Of a stretch of DNA of 64,000 nucleotides, positions 43,614 to 64,000 are shown in pieces. The DNA is from Zygnema circumcarinatum SAG 698-1b. Its lineage: Eukaryota; Plantae; Zygnematophyceae. The position numbers and the translations under genes are program-made. The stretch covers positions 558,001 to 622,000 of the forward strand of contig CM074818.1 of NCBI GenBank assembly GCA_037447605.1. Direction: 5' to 3'. Numbering within the stretch: position 1 is the first letter of the stretch; each line of letters starts with the position of its first letter. Under the pieces are notes generated by a model. It made no database searches. It had not been told where the DNA came from and saw only the letters and a program-made list of their open reading frames with translations.

Positions 43614-46600
43614 ATGGGCAAGCTAGGAGCGGTCCGCATTGGAGCCGTCGGAGGGACTCCGCGAAGCGTAGCTCGAGAAGCCCTCAGGCAAAGGTGGGAA
43701 ATCCCGCCTACAACCCATTTTTCTTTATCAAATTGTTTTTTTTCTTTATTTCTATCACATTGTTATGCATCTTGTTCGTTCTGTATGTTTCGCGGATTCA
43801 TTCGATTTTTTTTTCCTTTTTTTAGGTCGTTTGCAGTGATTTGTTTTGGCGGAAATTTTGGATGGAAATTCGTTCAGTTCCGTGCTTTAGCGCGGCGTGG
43901 TATTGTAGAACGGAAATCAGTTAGAAATGTGGCGTTCTTTGTGGTTTTAGGGTTTGCTCGCCTAGTGAATTTTTTCAATGCTTTTTTTTTTGCTGCCAGG
44001 GAGGAAGAGGAAGCGGAGTTTTCAAGGTGAGCTCTAGTCCTCCTTGCCACTTCATTTGAGCTTTAAAACTGCAAATTGAAAACCAAAAACTGCAAACTAG
44101 AAAGCTGCAAAGCTACATAACTATCACTTCAGGTTTGTGGTTTTTAGGGTTTTTAGGGTTGTTAAGGGTTTTAGGGTTTTACGGGTTTTTAGGATTTTTA
44201 GGGTTTTCAGAGTTTTCAGGGTTTTTAGGGTTTTCGGGGTTTTCCGGGTTTTAAGGATTTTTAGGGTTTTCCGGGTTTTCCGGGTTTTTGGGGTTTTTAG
44301 GGTTTTTCGGGTTTTTCGGGTTTTTCGGGTTTTGAGGGTTTTCAGGGTTTTCCGGGTTTTTAGGGTTTTTAGGGTTTTTAGGGTTTTTTGGGTTTAGAGT
44401 TTAGGGTAAGGCAGAAGAGTTTGTTCGTTTTACATGTGAAAGGTTTACAGTATCAGAGAGTCGATCAAACTCGTTACCCTAATTCTTCAAAGGGATCAAA
44501 ACTCACGCTTGCATATCTGCATGTTCAACTTCATAAGGCGAATTTTTCCATAAGTTTTTTGGTTGAAACCAGATTTTTCGAGTCCGGCCGAAAGGCTTTT
44601 CACGTAAATTCATATATATTATACAATTATAGAAAATGTATATATTTAGGGAATTACTATTTACACACCTTTTTAGTCAAGATACACACCTTTAAAAAAA
44701 AACCCCAATACCATAATAACCCTATAATAAAATCTGACCGGCGAAAAAAGGTGTGTATCTAGACAAAAAAAGGTGTGTAAATAGCATTTTCCCATATTTG
44801 TATATTCTTATTTTATTTTCTCTTTTGGTTTGCAGAATGGGTACTTCTGAGAGCAGCCCCTTCAAAGAAGAAGTATCCTCCGCCGGGTGGGAGCCCGATT
44901 GGGATGAAATTACTCCTCAAAAATCGACTTCAAAAATTTCGCCGCATTTGGAAAATTTGAACGCTTCGAGAAACTTGGATTTCTTCTCGAACGCGAAAAA
45001 AAAAATGCAAAAGATTTGTTGGATATTTATTTTTGCGGTGGTTATAACGGTGATGTTGGCTGTATCGATTTTGATTTCGATTCCGAGTTCGCGGGATATA
45101 CTATGGCAGAGTGCGATGAAACCCAGTGAGAGGAGGGAGACTTTGGCGGCGCTGGTGGGAGAGGGAGAGGGAGAGGGAGAGAGAGAGGGAGGGGAGAGAG
45201 CGGGTGGGGAGAGAGAGGGAGGGGGAGGGGAGGGAGGAGGAAGGGAGAGAGAAGGGGAGGGAGGAGGAGAGGAGGGAGGGGAAAGGAAGGAGGAAGAGCT
45301 GCTGAGTTTGGCGGCGAAGGAAGGTGATGGGAGAGAGGGAGAGGAAGGGGGAGGGGGAGAGGGAGTAGGAGGAGAGGAGGAGATGAAAGAGATAGGGAGG
45401 AAAGGGGAAGATAACAGCGAGAGGCAATTTGAAGAGAATGGTGGGGATAGTAAGGTAGGGGAAGGAGGGGGCGAGGGCGAAGAAGGGGGAGAGAGAGCGG
45501 GAGATGAGAAAGGCGGAGAGGGTGAAGGTGATTCGAGAGGGTTGGCTCAAGGAGAATTAGTTGATGTTGCTGAAGTGATGAAAGCTGAGACAGAAGGGAA
45601 ACAAATGCAGGGAGATGAGGTAGAGAATGCGGGAGAGGGCGAAGAGAGAAGAGGAGGGGGAGAGGAAGAGAAGGAGAAGATTGATGCGAGCGAGTCTGCA
45701 GGAGAAGAAGCTCAGGTAGAAGATGGGACGCAGCAAGAAGGAACAACTGAGGTGGGTGGAGAGAAGGAGAGACGAGAGGGAGAGGGGGAAGGAGAACGAG
45801 AGGTGGAGGAGGGAGAGAAAGCTGGGAAGGGTGCGGACCCTTTTAGTGGATCTAAAGAAGAAGGGGGCGATCTCGGAGAGGGAGGAACAGGAAAGGAAGA
45901 AGGAGAGGAGGAAGATGTGAGAGAGAATGGAGGGAGGGGAGGCGACCCAGAACTGGTTGGGAGAGAGAGAGGGGAGAAAGGCAGATGGTGGAAGCAGGAA
46001 AAAGGCAGCTCTGGTGAAGATCTTAATACTCCCAAAACCCAAAATGAGGGAGATGGTGTGGAGGAGGATGGACGAGAGGCGGAGGGTAGGCAGGTGAAGG
46101 CAAACAAAGAGAGAGAGGAGGGAGTGAGAAAAGGAGAGGGAGAGGGAGAGGGAGACGTAGGTGCTGGACGAGGTCAGAAAACAGCATCCATGGAGGGAGA
46201 GGATGGTGTAGGAGAAGTGGGTGGAGGAGTGAAGGAAGTAGCTACTGACGTGGGAGAGGGACAGAGTAGGAGGCAGGGAGATGGGAGTAGGGAGAGGAAG
46301 GTGGAGAGAGGAAATGTGGAAGATGAAGCTATGGAGAGGGATGGGAGAGAGTCAGAGAAAGGGTCAGAAAGAGAGAGAGGAAGGAAAGGGGAGAGAGAAG
46401 AGGGAGAAGGAATGGGGACTGAGAAGGAGATTGTGCAGGGAGAGGGAGGAGTGGGACAGAAAGTAGATGATGGATGGAGGGAGAGCAGGAGGAGGGGGCC
46501 TTCCTTCGGAGACGGAAAGACGGGACGAGAGGAGATGGAGGCCAGCAAGATGGAAGGAGAGGGAGGGGAGAGAGGAGGGAGGGTTGGTGAGAAGAGAGAG

Positions 46601-48742
46601 AGAGAGGCGGGAGGAGGGCGAATGGACTTCGGGAATGATGGTGGAATGAGAGTGGCCTTTGAAGAGGAGAAAGGGAGTGCAAACGGAATGAAGGGAGAGG
46701 AAAAGGGTGGAGGAGAGCAGTTCGGGGAAGAGGGTGAGGGAGTGAAGGCGGGAGGAGGGAAGAGAGAGATGGGAGAAGGAGAGAGAGAGGACGAGGAAGG
46801 AGGAGGATTCGGAGGGAGGGACGGTCCCAAAAGGAAGGAAGGAGAGGACGAACCGCTGGGAGAGGTTGACGATACTGCGGAAAGTGGAAAGGGGAGAAAA
46901 AGGCAAAGTTTTAGGCAGGGAGGAGAGAGAGAAGAGGGAGAGGGAGAGGGAAAAGAGTTTGAGGGAGAAGAACGGGGAGGGAGCAGAAAAGGTGTAAGAA
47001 CCCTAAAACCATCGACGACTCAAGGAGGGGATAATGCTAAAGAGGAAATTGTGAATGATGAAGAGCAGAAAGCTGATACAGGCATGGAGCGAGAGAGGAC
47101 GAGACTAGGGAGAGAGGGAGAGAGGAGGAGAGGGAGGAGGAATGAGGAAAGCGAGGGAGGAGAGGTGGACGGTGAGATGGAGAAAGGTTTGGGAGAGGGA
47201 GAAAGTGGAGGAGAAGGTGGCCCTGTACGTGGAGCGGGAGGAGGGTTAGAGAGGAGGGAAAAGTGGGAGAGTGAGGATGAAAATTCTGCTTCTGAGTCAG
47301 GATGGGATAGAGGTGTTGGAGTAGTGGGTAAGCGGGTGAGGATGGCAGGGAGTGGAGAGGGAGAAAGTGAGGGAGAAGAGAAGAATGAAGGTAAGAGAGG
47401 AGCAAAGGGAAGGAAAAAAGCTTTTACGGATATAGAAGATCAAAACATGGGACGGGGTTCAGTGGTAGAAGGTAAAGAAGGAGAGAGCGAGACTTCACAA
47501 CAGGAAAACGAGGAAAAGGGATGGATGGAGAAAGGAGAGAGAAGGGAGGGAGGGAGTAGAGCGAGAAAGAGTGGCTTGGACAATGGAGGTGGTAGAAGTG
47601 AAACATCTTATGGTGAAACGGGGACTGCGAAAAGGAGGCCAATTTTAGGGCAAGATGGTGAAGAAAATTTTGGAACTGAGAGGCTTTCAAGGAACTCGGG
47701 ATGGTCGAAAACGGAACGAAAAACAGAACAGAACAGAGAGCATGGAACTGTTACAGACGAAGAAAGGGAGAGTAATGGCGAAGAGAGAGGAAGTGAAGAC
47801 CAGCTCTCGGAGGTAGAATCGAAACGGCTGTCTAAAGGGTCGGACTGGAAGGAGCGGGAAGGGAGAGAAGAGAGAGAGACTGGACGGAGAGTGGGAGGGA
47901 GAGAGGGTGCGGAGGGAGAGGAAGGAGAACCGAAACAGTCACGAAAGTCTGGAAGCTTCAAAGGGTCGAAAGGGTTTGATTTGGATGGAGGGAGAGAGGG
48001 GGTAGAGGTAGGAGAGACATCGAAAGGAATTCGGAAAGAGGTGGAGGGATCTGAGAGGGCTGATGGTAGTAGAGGGAGGGAGAGAGAGGTCGGTGTGGAG
48101 AAGCTAGAAGGTGGGAGGGAGGGAAAGAGTGAGGGAAGTGAAGGACTGGTGAAGGGAGATGAGGAGGGTGGCGTAGATGAAAGGAAAGGGAGAAGCAGCG
48201 TTTTGGGTTCAGAGAATGTGAGAGGAAAAAAGTCGGATCAGGGTGAGACTGTGAGGGAGGAGGTGGGAGTAGGAGGAGACTCGGAGGGTGCAGGTGAAGG
48301 AAGGCAGAAATGGGGAGAAGGACGGGGAGAGGGAGAGAGAGATGGAGAGGGAGAGGGAGAGGTACAGGGAGGAGAGCGGAGGATGACGAGGAGGCCCAGG
48401 AGAGCGGGAGTCGGAGAGGAAGACGAAAGAGAAGTCAGGAAAGAGAGGGGGGGTTGGAAGGGTGAAGCAGGAGGGGGGGAGGGAGAGGGGGAGGGGGAGA
48501 CTGTGATGAGGGAGGAGGAAGGACAGGGACGAGGTGGGAGTACGAGGAAGAGGAGGGGTGGGGGAGAGGAAAGCCGAGTGAATGACAGAGATGGGGACGG
48601 AGAGGGGGGAGGGGGAGCAGGAGAGAGTGAAGGAATGGGAGAGGGAGAGGCAGGTGGGTTAGTGCAGGAGGAATCAGAAACCCCGCCAAGACGGGGAATG
48701 AAGTCGTGGAAGAGACGAATCGGCGAAACTGTTATTTCGTAG
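43614..48742 (+). CDS. Hypothetical type II single-pass membrane protein with a Glu/Gly/Arg-rich low-complexity region of about 1200 aa (about 1337 aa total)
   Basis: Exons 43614-43693, 44000-44026 (27-nt microexon), 44836-48742; both junctions phase 2; 4014 nt in frame. KKKMQK then the hydrophobic helix ICWIFIFAVVITVMLAVSILISI, followed by 3.7 kb of stop-free frame using varied codons (not a pure microsatellite). A probable upstream 5'UTR exon ends at the strong donor 42567|gtgagt. Confidence 0.7.
44140..44410. repeat. G-strand telomere-like array (TTTTAGGG/TTTCGGG variants) in intron
   Basis: gggtttttagggtttttagggttgttaagggtttttaggg... Confidence 0.75.
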
Positions 48743-49551
48743 AGAGGAAGAGGGAGTGAGGGAGAGAGAACAGCTTTTATTTAGGGTTTACGCTTAATAT
48801 AACAAATTTGTAAGGGATTTGTCTTTACTACATATGGCAGGTAAAACGAGAGCTACGGAGAGAGAGGGGGGGAGAGGGGGAGAGGGAGAGAGAGAGAGAG
48901 CGAGTGCGAGAAAAGGAGATAGTGCGAGAGTGAGAGAGGGTGTTTAGAGTATGACATGCGAAGGAATTCGGAAACCTTTCTTGATATGGCAGAGGTGCAG
49001 AAAGCTTGCGGATTCATTGAACCTGGTCGTCTTTTGAACGTGGCTCATGTGGTTGGTACCGTACTCAGCTTTAGGATTTTGTTGGAATTGGAAAAGAAAA
49101 ATATTTACATTCATGACATTCGTGCATTGGCTCGAAATCTAATTGGTGCTCCAAACTAACTATTGAAAAACCATTCTTTGTAGCCCATGCTTGAAAATTG
49201 GAGATAAAATTGTAGAGTTTCGATTCAAAGCAAGCTGCAAAAATTGCATATGCGCATTTTCAAGTGCCCCAACATCATTAACTTTGTCTATTTTTTTGCG
49301 ATCTTAGAGTGAAACGCTTCTTTTTTTCTTATAAAATTAAAAACACATGATGACAGCGATGCAAATTTTTAAGAAACCCTGAATTGTAACAAACCCTAAA
49401 CCCTAAAAGACCCTAAAGACTGCGATCCCCTGCCAGCCTGGGCAGACATTGAGACATTTCCATGCTGCAGTTCTGTGTTCGGTTCTAAAAATAAAAAAAG
49501 GACAACTACACGGTCAGTTAAAAAGGAATTAAACAAAATAAGGAAATGGGT

Positions 49552-59466
<9,915 letters not shown>

Positions 59467-60679
59467 GGGGGTCAGCGGGCGGCAGCGCGCTGACATGGCG
59501 ACATGTGGCAAAGGTTTTGCCACGTGGCGGTCTGTCCGGCATTTGCGGAGCCGTTGCCAGGGCCCGTCTGCCTGCCACGTGGCGGAGGGACCAATGGCGG
59601 TGGGTCTCATTGGGGCCGTCGGGAAAACCCTCCTCGGCGGAGCCAATGAAAGTATGCCACGTAAGCATAGTGTCTGACATGGCAGACTTTGATTGGTCCA
59701 GGGTGTCCCACGACCTTGGTCGGTGCGGGACATTTGGATAAGGGGGTGCCACGTGGCACGGCTTAAAATTCTTCGGAGGTTTCGCGGGCCAATGAGGGCG
59801 CGGCGTTGGGATCGAAAATTTGGCGCGGCAGATTCTGTTCAATTGAACGGCCCAAAACATTAGCAAGATTGCCAGAAACTGCAAACCCAAAACTGCAAAC
59901 TTAAAAGCCAGTTGAGAACTTGCATTTGTATGGGATGAGGGAATGCATGCGAGGTTGGGGGTTTGGATGAAAGGACCAACTTGTGGTAAGGGTTGTGTCA
60001 TGCGCTTCCCGCCTAGGACTAACCGCACAACAGGCTTGAGTGAAATGTGGACCTCTCATTGTGGAGCCTCTCACTATTTCATGTGTTGGTGTAAGAAAAA
60101 AAGTGGCATTGATCTCACGATAGAAATGATGCCATCAAATGTACATGGACAACATCAACAACATGGGGAACCACGAGGAACTGGTCGTAAAGGACCTAAG
60201 CACAAAAGAAAAAAGCTACGAGCAAGAAACCAAAAGAAACAAAAATTACAAGCCAAAACCGCGGAGGTTGGTGTCGGTCTGTCGGAAAAACAAATCTGAT
60301 GATCGGCTTTCCGACTGATCTGACCCGTCGGTCACTGTTTCACGCGTGACGTGACAACTTCAGGTTGCATTTTCTGTCAAGCTTAGGGTTCGAACCTTGC
60401 CCGCCATGTGTGTACGGACGCCACTCCTTGTCACTTCACACACGGAGAGGGGCACCGACCAACATGCCACGTGGCGCAAGTGCAGTGGCAGTCTGACGCC
60501 GGTTTTAACGGCTTGTGTCAGTCGGTCAACACCCAGATCAGATCGACTATTATCATTGCGCCGGAAGTTGACCTGTATGGACCCAATCACAGGGCGAGCA
60601 CATGACGTGGTCTCTGTGGCGGGACAGCGACGGCTGACACATGTCCCGGATCATCCCAATTGTCTTTCTATCATTAAAT

Positions 60680-63085
60680 TAGGAGAATGATAACCCCTCT
60701 CCCCATTTTGGATACCCCCCCCCCCTGAATTGTTTTTTGGGAGACAGAAATATGTTAGGGCTTGCCCGAATCCTCTCGGAGCGGAAGTTCCGTCCGACTT
60801 AACTAGTGTCGAGTGCGCGCGTCCCTCGGCCCGAGATCTCCGCAAAACCATGAGCTGGACCAGCATGCGGAAAACTGGCAGCCAATCAACCTTTGCCACG
60901 TGTTTTTTTGAATGACGTAGCAAATTGCGATTGTTCCAGGCCCTCAATCGACGGTATTTCGCTCTTCCTCGAAGCTGCGACCGTACGACGTTCGTACAGA
61001 CTCGATCCGGTTACACCCCTATTTTCGCCATGGTTTCGCCATGGTTTTCGTCCGATAAAAATCTTGGAATTTGTAAGATGAAGGAAGTTTGTCTGTTTTC
61101 TTTTTTTTTGGGTAGTGATATTTCCACCCCTTTTTTGGATCCAAACACCCCTTCCCGGCCGGGCAGATTTCAAAAAGGATTAAAAACGGAAAATGCTTTT
61201 TTCACACCTTTTTGGAATCGATACCCACCTTCCATCGGCAGATTGTATTTTTGCGAAACAAGGAAAATTATAACCCTTCACCCCATTTGAATATCCCGCC
61301 TACCTGAATTTTTTTTCACGCGTGCGGTCAATCGCAGCCATCGATTCCCTCGCAGATCGCAACGAGGCATATCACTATTTGATCTGCAGCCGGGCTCGTT
61401 CACAGCGAATGGCACGGGCCCACGTATCCCGCCAAAGTCGTCTCAAAAAATTGTCCGTACAAATATCGTACGGTGGTACCAAAAATTTTGTACATTGAGA
61501 GTTTGGACCAATCAAAATTTTCCACGTCAAAAATGTAACACGTGGCAAATGTTGATTGGCTAGGAGCTGACAATAGGACAAGATCTCGGGCCGAGGTACG
61601 CGCGCACTCGCACTTGCGATCCGGCTTTGACGGGACTCGTGGGCGCTTTCCATTCGCTGAGATCAAGCCCGGCTGCAGATCGAACGGTGATCTGCAGTGG
61701 TGCGATCTGCGAGGGAATCGACTTTTGCGATTGACACACACGTGTGAAGGACGGACACCCGCGAACGATCTCGTGGCGGACGGATCTTCCGCTCCGAGCG
61801 GATTCGGGCAGGCAGATATTTCTTTCCCTCAAAAAAAAATTCAGGTAGGCGGGATACAGTATTCAAAATGCGGTGACGGGGTATCATTTTCCTTGGTTAG
61901 CAAAAATAAAATCAGCCGACGGAAGAAGGTGGGTATCGATTCCAAAAAGGTGTGAAAAAAGCATTTTCCTTTTTTAATCCCTTTTGAAATCTGCCCGGCC
62001 GGGAAGGGGTGTTTGGATCCAAAAAAGGGGTGGAAATATCACTACCCTTTTTTTTTGGAAGAGAAAAATATATCGGCCTGCCCGAATCCGATCGGAGCGT
62101 AGGGTCCGTCCTCCACGAGATCGTTCGCGGGTGTCCGTCCTTAACACGTGCAATGATTCGCAGCCGTCGCTTTGCTAGCAGATCGCACCACGGCAGATCA
62201 CAGTTTCAATCTGCAGCCGGGCTCGGTCCCAGCGAATGGCACGTGCCCACGTATCCCGCCAAAGCCGCTTTAATACGGTCCGTACAGCTCTCATACGGTC
62301 GCAACTTCGAGGAAACGCAAAATTTGTACATTGAGAGCTTCAACTTCAAAATTTGTTCGTCATAAGTATAGCACGTGGCAGATGTTGATTGGTTCCCAGC
62401 CAACAATTTTTTTTTTGGCGAGCCGCCTCAAGCTGGCTGATCCAGCTCATAATTTTGTGGAGATCTCGGGCCGAAGGACGCGCGGACTCGCACGAGCAAG
62501 TCGGCTTTGATGGGACACGTGGGCGTGTGCCATTCGCTGGGACCGAGCCCGGCTGCAGATCGAACGGTGATCTTCCGTGGTGCGATCATTGGGGGAATCG
62601 ACGCCTGCAATTCACCGCAAGTGTGAAGGATGGACACCCGTGAACGATCTCGTGGCGGACGGACCTTCCGCTCCGAGCGGAATCGGGAAGGCTGATATAT
62701 TTTTCTCTCAAAAAAAAATTCAGGGAGGCGGGATATTCAAAATGGGGTGACGGGGTATCATTTTCATTTTCATTTTAATGAAATTTTTGCGAGAATCAAT
62801 TCTGCCCGACGGACGAAGGTGGGTATCGATTCCAAAAAGGTGTGACAATAGAATTTTCCTTTTTTAATCCTTTTTGAAATCTGCCCGGCCGGGAAGGGTT
62901 GTTTTGATCAAAAAAAGGGGTGGAAATAACACTACCCAAATAAAATCTGTCGACGAAAAAGGGTGGGTATCGATTCCAAAAAGGAGTGAAAAAAGCATTT
63001 TCCGTTTTGAAGCCTTTTTAAATTCTGCCCGGGCGGGAAGGGATGTTTTGATCCAAAAAGGGGTGGAAATAACACCTACCCTAAG
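60680..63085. mobile_element. Array of a non-coding foldback (inverted-repeat) element, MITE/Foldback-like: two tandem self-complementary units plus remnants
   Basis: 61110-61250 is the reverse complement of 61915-62047; 61270-61440 of about 61620-61880; 62050-62270 of about 62500-62720. The central segments (aaattt(t)gtacattgagag...cacgtggca(a/g)atgttgattgg) at about 61480-61560 and 62320-62392 are direct repeats. Extra terminal modules lie at 62800-62940 and 62945-63085, and an isolated arm at 60680-60900. No transposase ORF. Confidence 0.6.
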
Positions 63086-63478
63086 ACAAAACCAACCCAG
63101 GGAGGCGCCAGCTGCAACCAATCAGGAGCCACCGACATTGCCGTCCAATGATTGACGTCAGGAAGACAGCAAGTTTATCGTTTAGCCGACATCGCCCTAT
63201 ACCGCCACATCGCCGGCGTACCGGCTGTGGCCGACAGGACCTGCCCGCGCCAGCCGCCCCCTTCGGCGGCCGCCAGTGCCGCACTAGTGCACTGCACTAT
63301 AGCCGGTCAGTGAACCTGCCGGCCGCTTGGCGGTACTTCCCGACTCGCCGGCGATGTTCCGATATTCCCGCGGCTAGAGCTGGCTGGTCGGCGCCTCGGC
63401 TGACTTTCACATTTTCCAGGCCAGTGGTCTCGATCTCGCCCTCCCTCCCTCTCTCCCTCCCTCCCTCTGTCCGCCGCC

Positions 63479-64000
63479 ATGGCCGCGGCTCTGCGCCTGC
63501 TCGCCTTCGCCTTCCTGCTCGCCGTCCCAGCGCTGCTCCCCTCCGTCCAAGCCGCCCCTCCCAAGCGCCACGTGGCGCGGTCCCAGCACTGGGTCGAGCA
63601 CAGACGGCCCTCCAAGCACGCGCAGAAGAAGAGCGGAGAGGTGGATCCGAAGTTCACGCCCCCGCAGGGCGCGACTTACGGCGGTGGACCTGTAATGTCG
63701 AAACCGATCAACCTTTACGTGATCTGGTACGGGAACTGGACCTCTGAGACGGCCTCGCAGGAGTTGATCCGCGAGTTCCTGCTCTCCCTGGACTACAAGA
63801 ACACGCTCAAGGGTGGACCCTCAGTGCGCGGATGGTTCAACATTCTCCGCCAATACTTCGACGACAACAACGACTACGTTACGAATGTCGTCACGCTGAA
63901 GAAGGAGGTGTATGATGCCTATTCCCAAGGGACGGAGTTTTTCAACGAGGCGGAATTCACCGTGTTTGAAAAAGCGGTCTCTTTAAAAGTACTTCCTTAC
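63479..64000 (+). CDS. PHI-1/EXORDIUM-like secreted protein (3' truncated by the window end)
   Basis: gccgccATG at 63479 opens a stop-free frame to the end: signal peptide MAAALRLLAFAFLLAVPALLPSVQA, then TYGGGPVMSKPINLYVIWYGNW...LIREFLLSL...PSVRGWFNILRQY, typical of the Phi_1 family N-terminus. Confidence 0.88.
   Translation, partial: MAAALRLLAFAFLLAVPALLPSVQAAPPKRHVARSQHWVEHRRPSKHAQKKSGEVDPKFTPPQGATYGGGPVMSKPINLYVIWYGNWTSETASQELIREFLLSLDYKNTLKGGPSVRGWFNILRQYFDDNNDYVTNVVTLKKEVYDAYSQGTEFFNEAEFTVFEKAVSLKVLPY

Noticed and set aside
44753-44835. ORF-track start MYLDKKRCV... for the 1329-aa ORF
   Set aside because: This segment is the pyrimidine-rich end of an intron (tttgcag at 44835). Phase-matched upstream exons give a better model.
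48956-49159. 67-aa ORF downstream of the orphan gene as a further exon or small gene
   Set aside because: No recognisable motif or convincing in-frame splice path; probably 3'UTR or intergenic between convergent genes.
63148-63747. 199-aa ORF overlapping the EXORDIUM-like gene
   Set aside because: The alternative frame from ATG 63479 has a signal peptide and Phi_1 motifs; this ORF has no recognisable features.

Overview
Eukaryotic, intron-rich, microsatellite-laden genomic DNA of a green plant-lineage organism. Plant-type TTTAGGG repeats, plastid BASS2 and PAA2 genes, a CHASE kinase and an EXORDIUM gene suggest a streptophyte alga, possibly a Zygnematophyceae such as Closterium; this is inference only. 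Most ORFs in the supplied track are artefacts of CT/GA, G-run and telomere-like repeats. Hand-splicing GT/GC-AG junctions gives seven genes. (1) A 5'-truncated papain-family (C1A) protease fused to 2 EGF-like and 3-4 Cys-flanked LysM domains (+, 713-9889). (2) A CHASE-domain hybrid histidine kinase resembling cytokinin receptors (+, 11900-25101). (3) A GDP-fucose O-fucosyltransferase-family gene (+, about 26915-33036). (4) BASS2, the plastid Na+/pyruvate symporter (+, 34611-41143). (5) An orphan type II membrane protein of about 1337 aa with a huge Glu/Gly/Arg-rich ectodomain (+, 43614-48742). (6) PAA2/HMA8, the thylakoid Cu(I) P1B-ATPase (-, 49552-59466). (7) A 3'-truncated PHI-1/EXORDIUM-like secreted protein (+, 63479-end). 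There are five 10-N gaps and several local duplications, some probably assembly artefacts. No rRNA, tRNA, CRISPR array or autonomous transposase was seen. The best leads are the protease-EGF-LysM fusion, the orphan membrane protein, a tandem foldback element in the PAA2/EXO divergent intergenic region, two inferred GC-AG introns each followed by a CATGGGG G-run minisatellite, and G-box palindromes embedded in 5' coding exons. All family comparisons are from memory; no searches were run.
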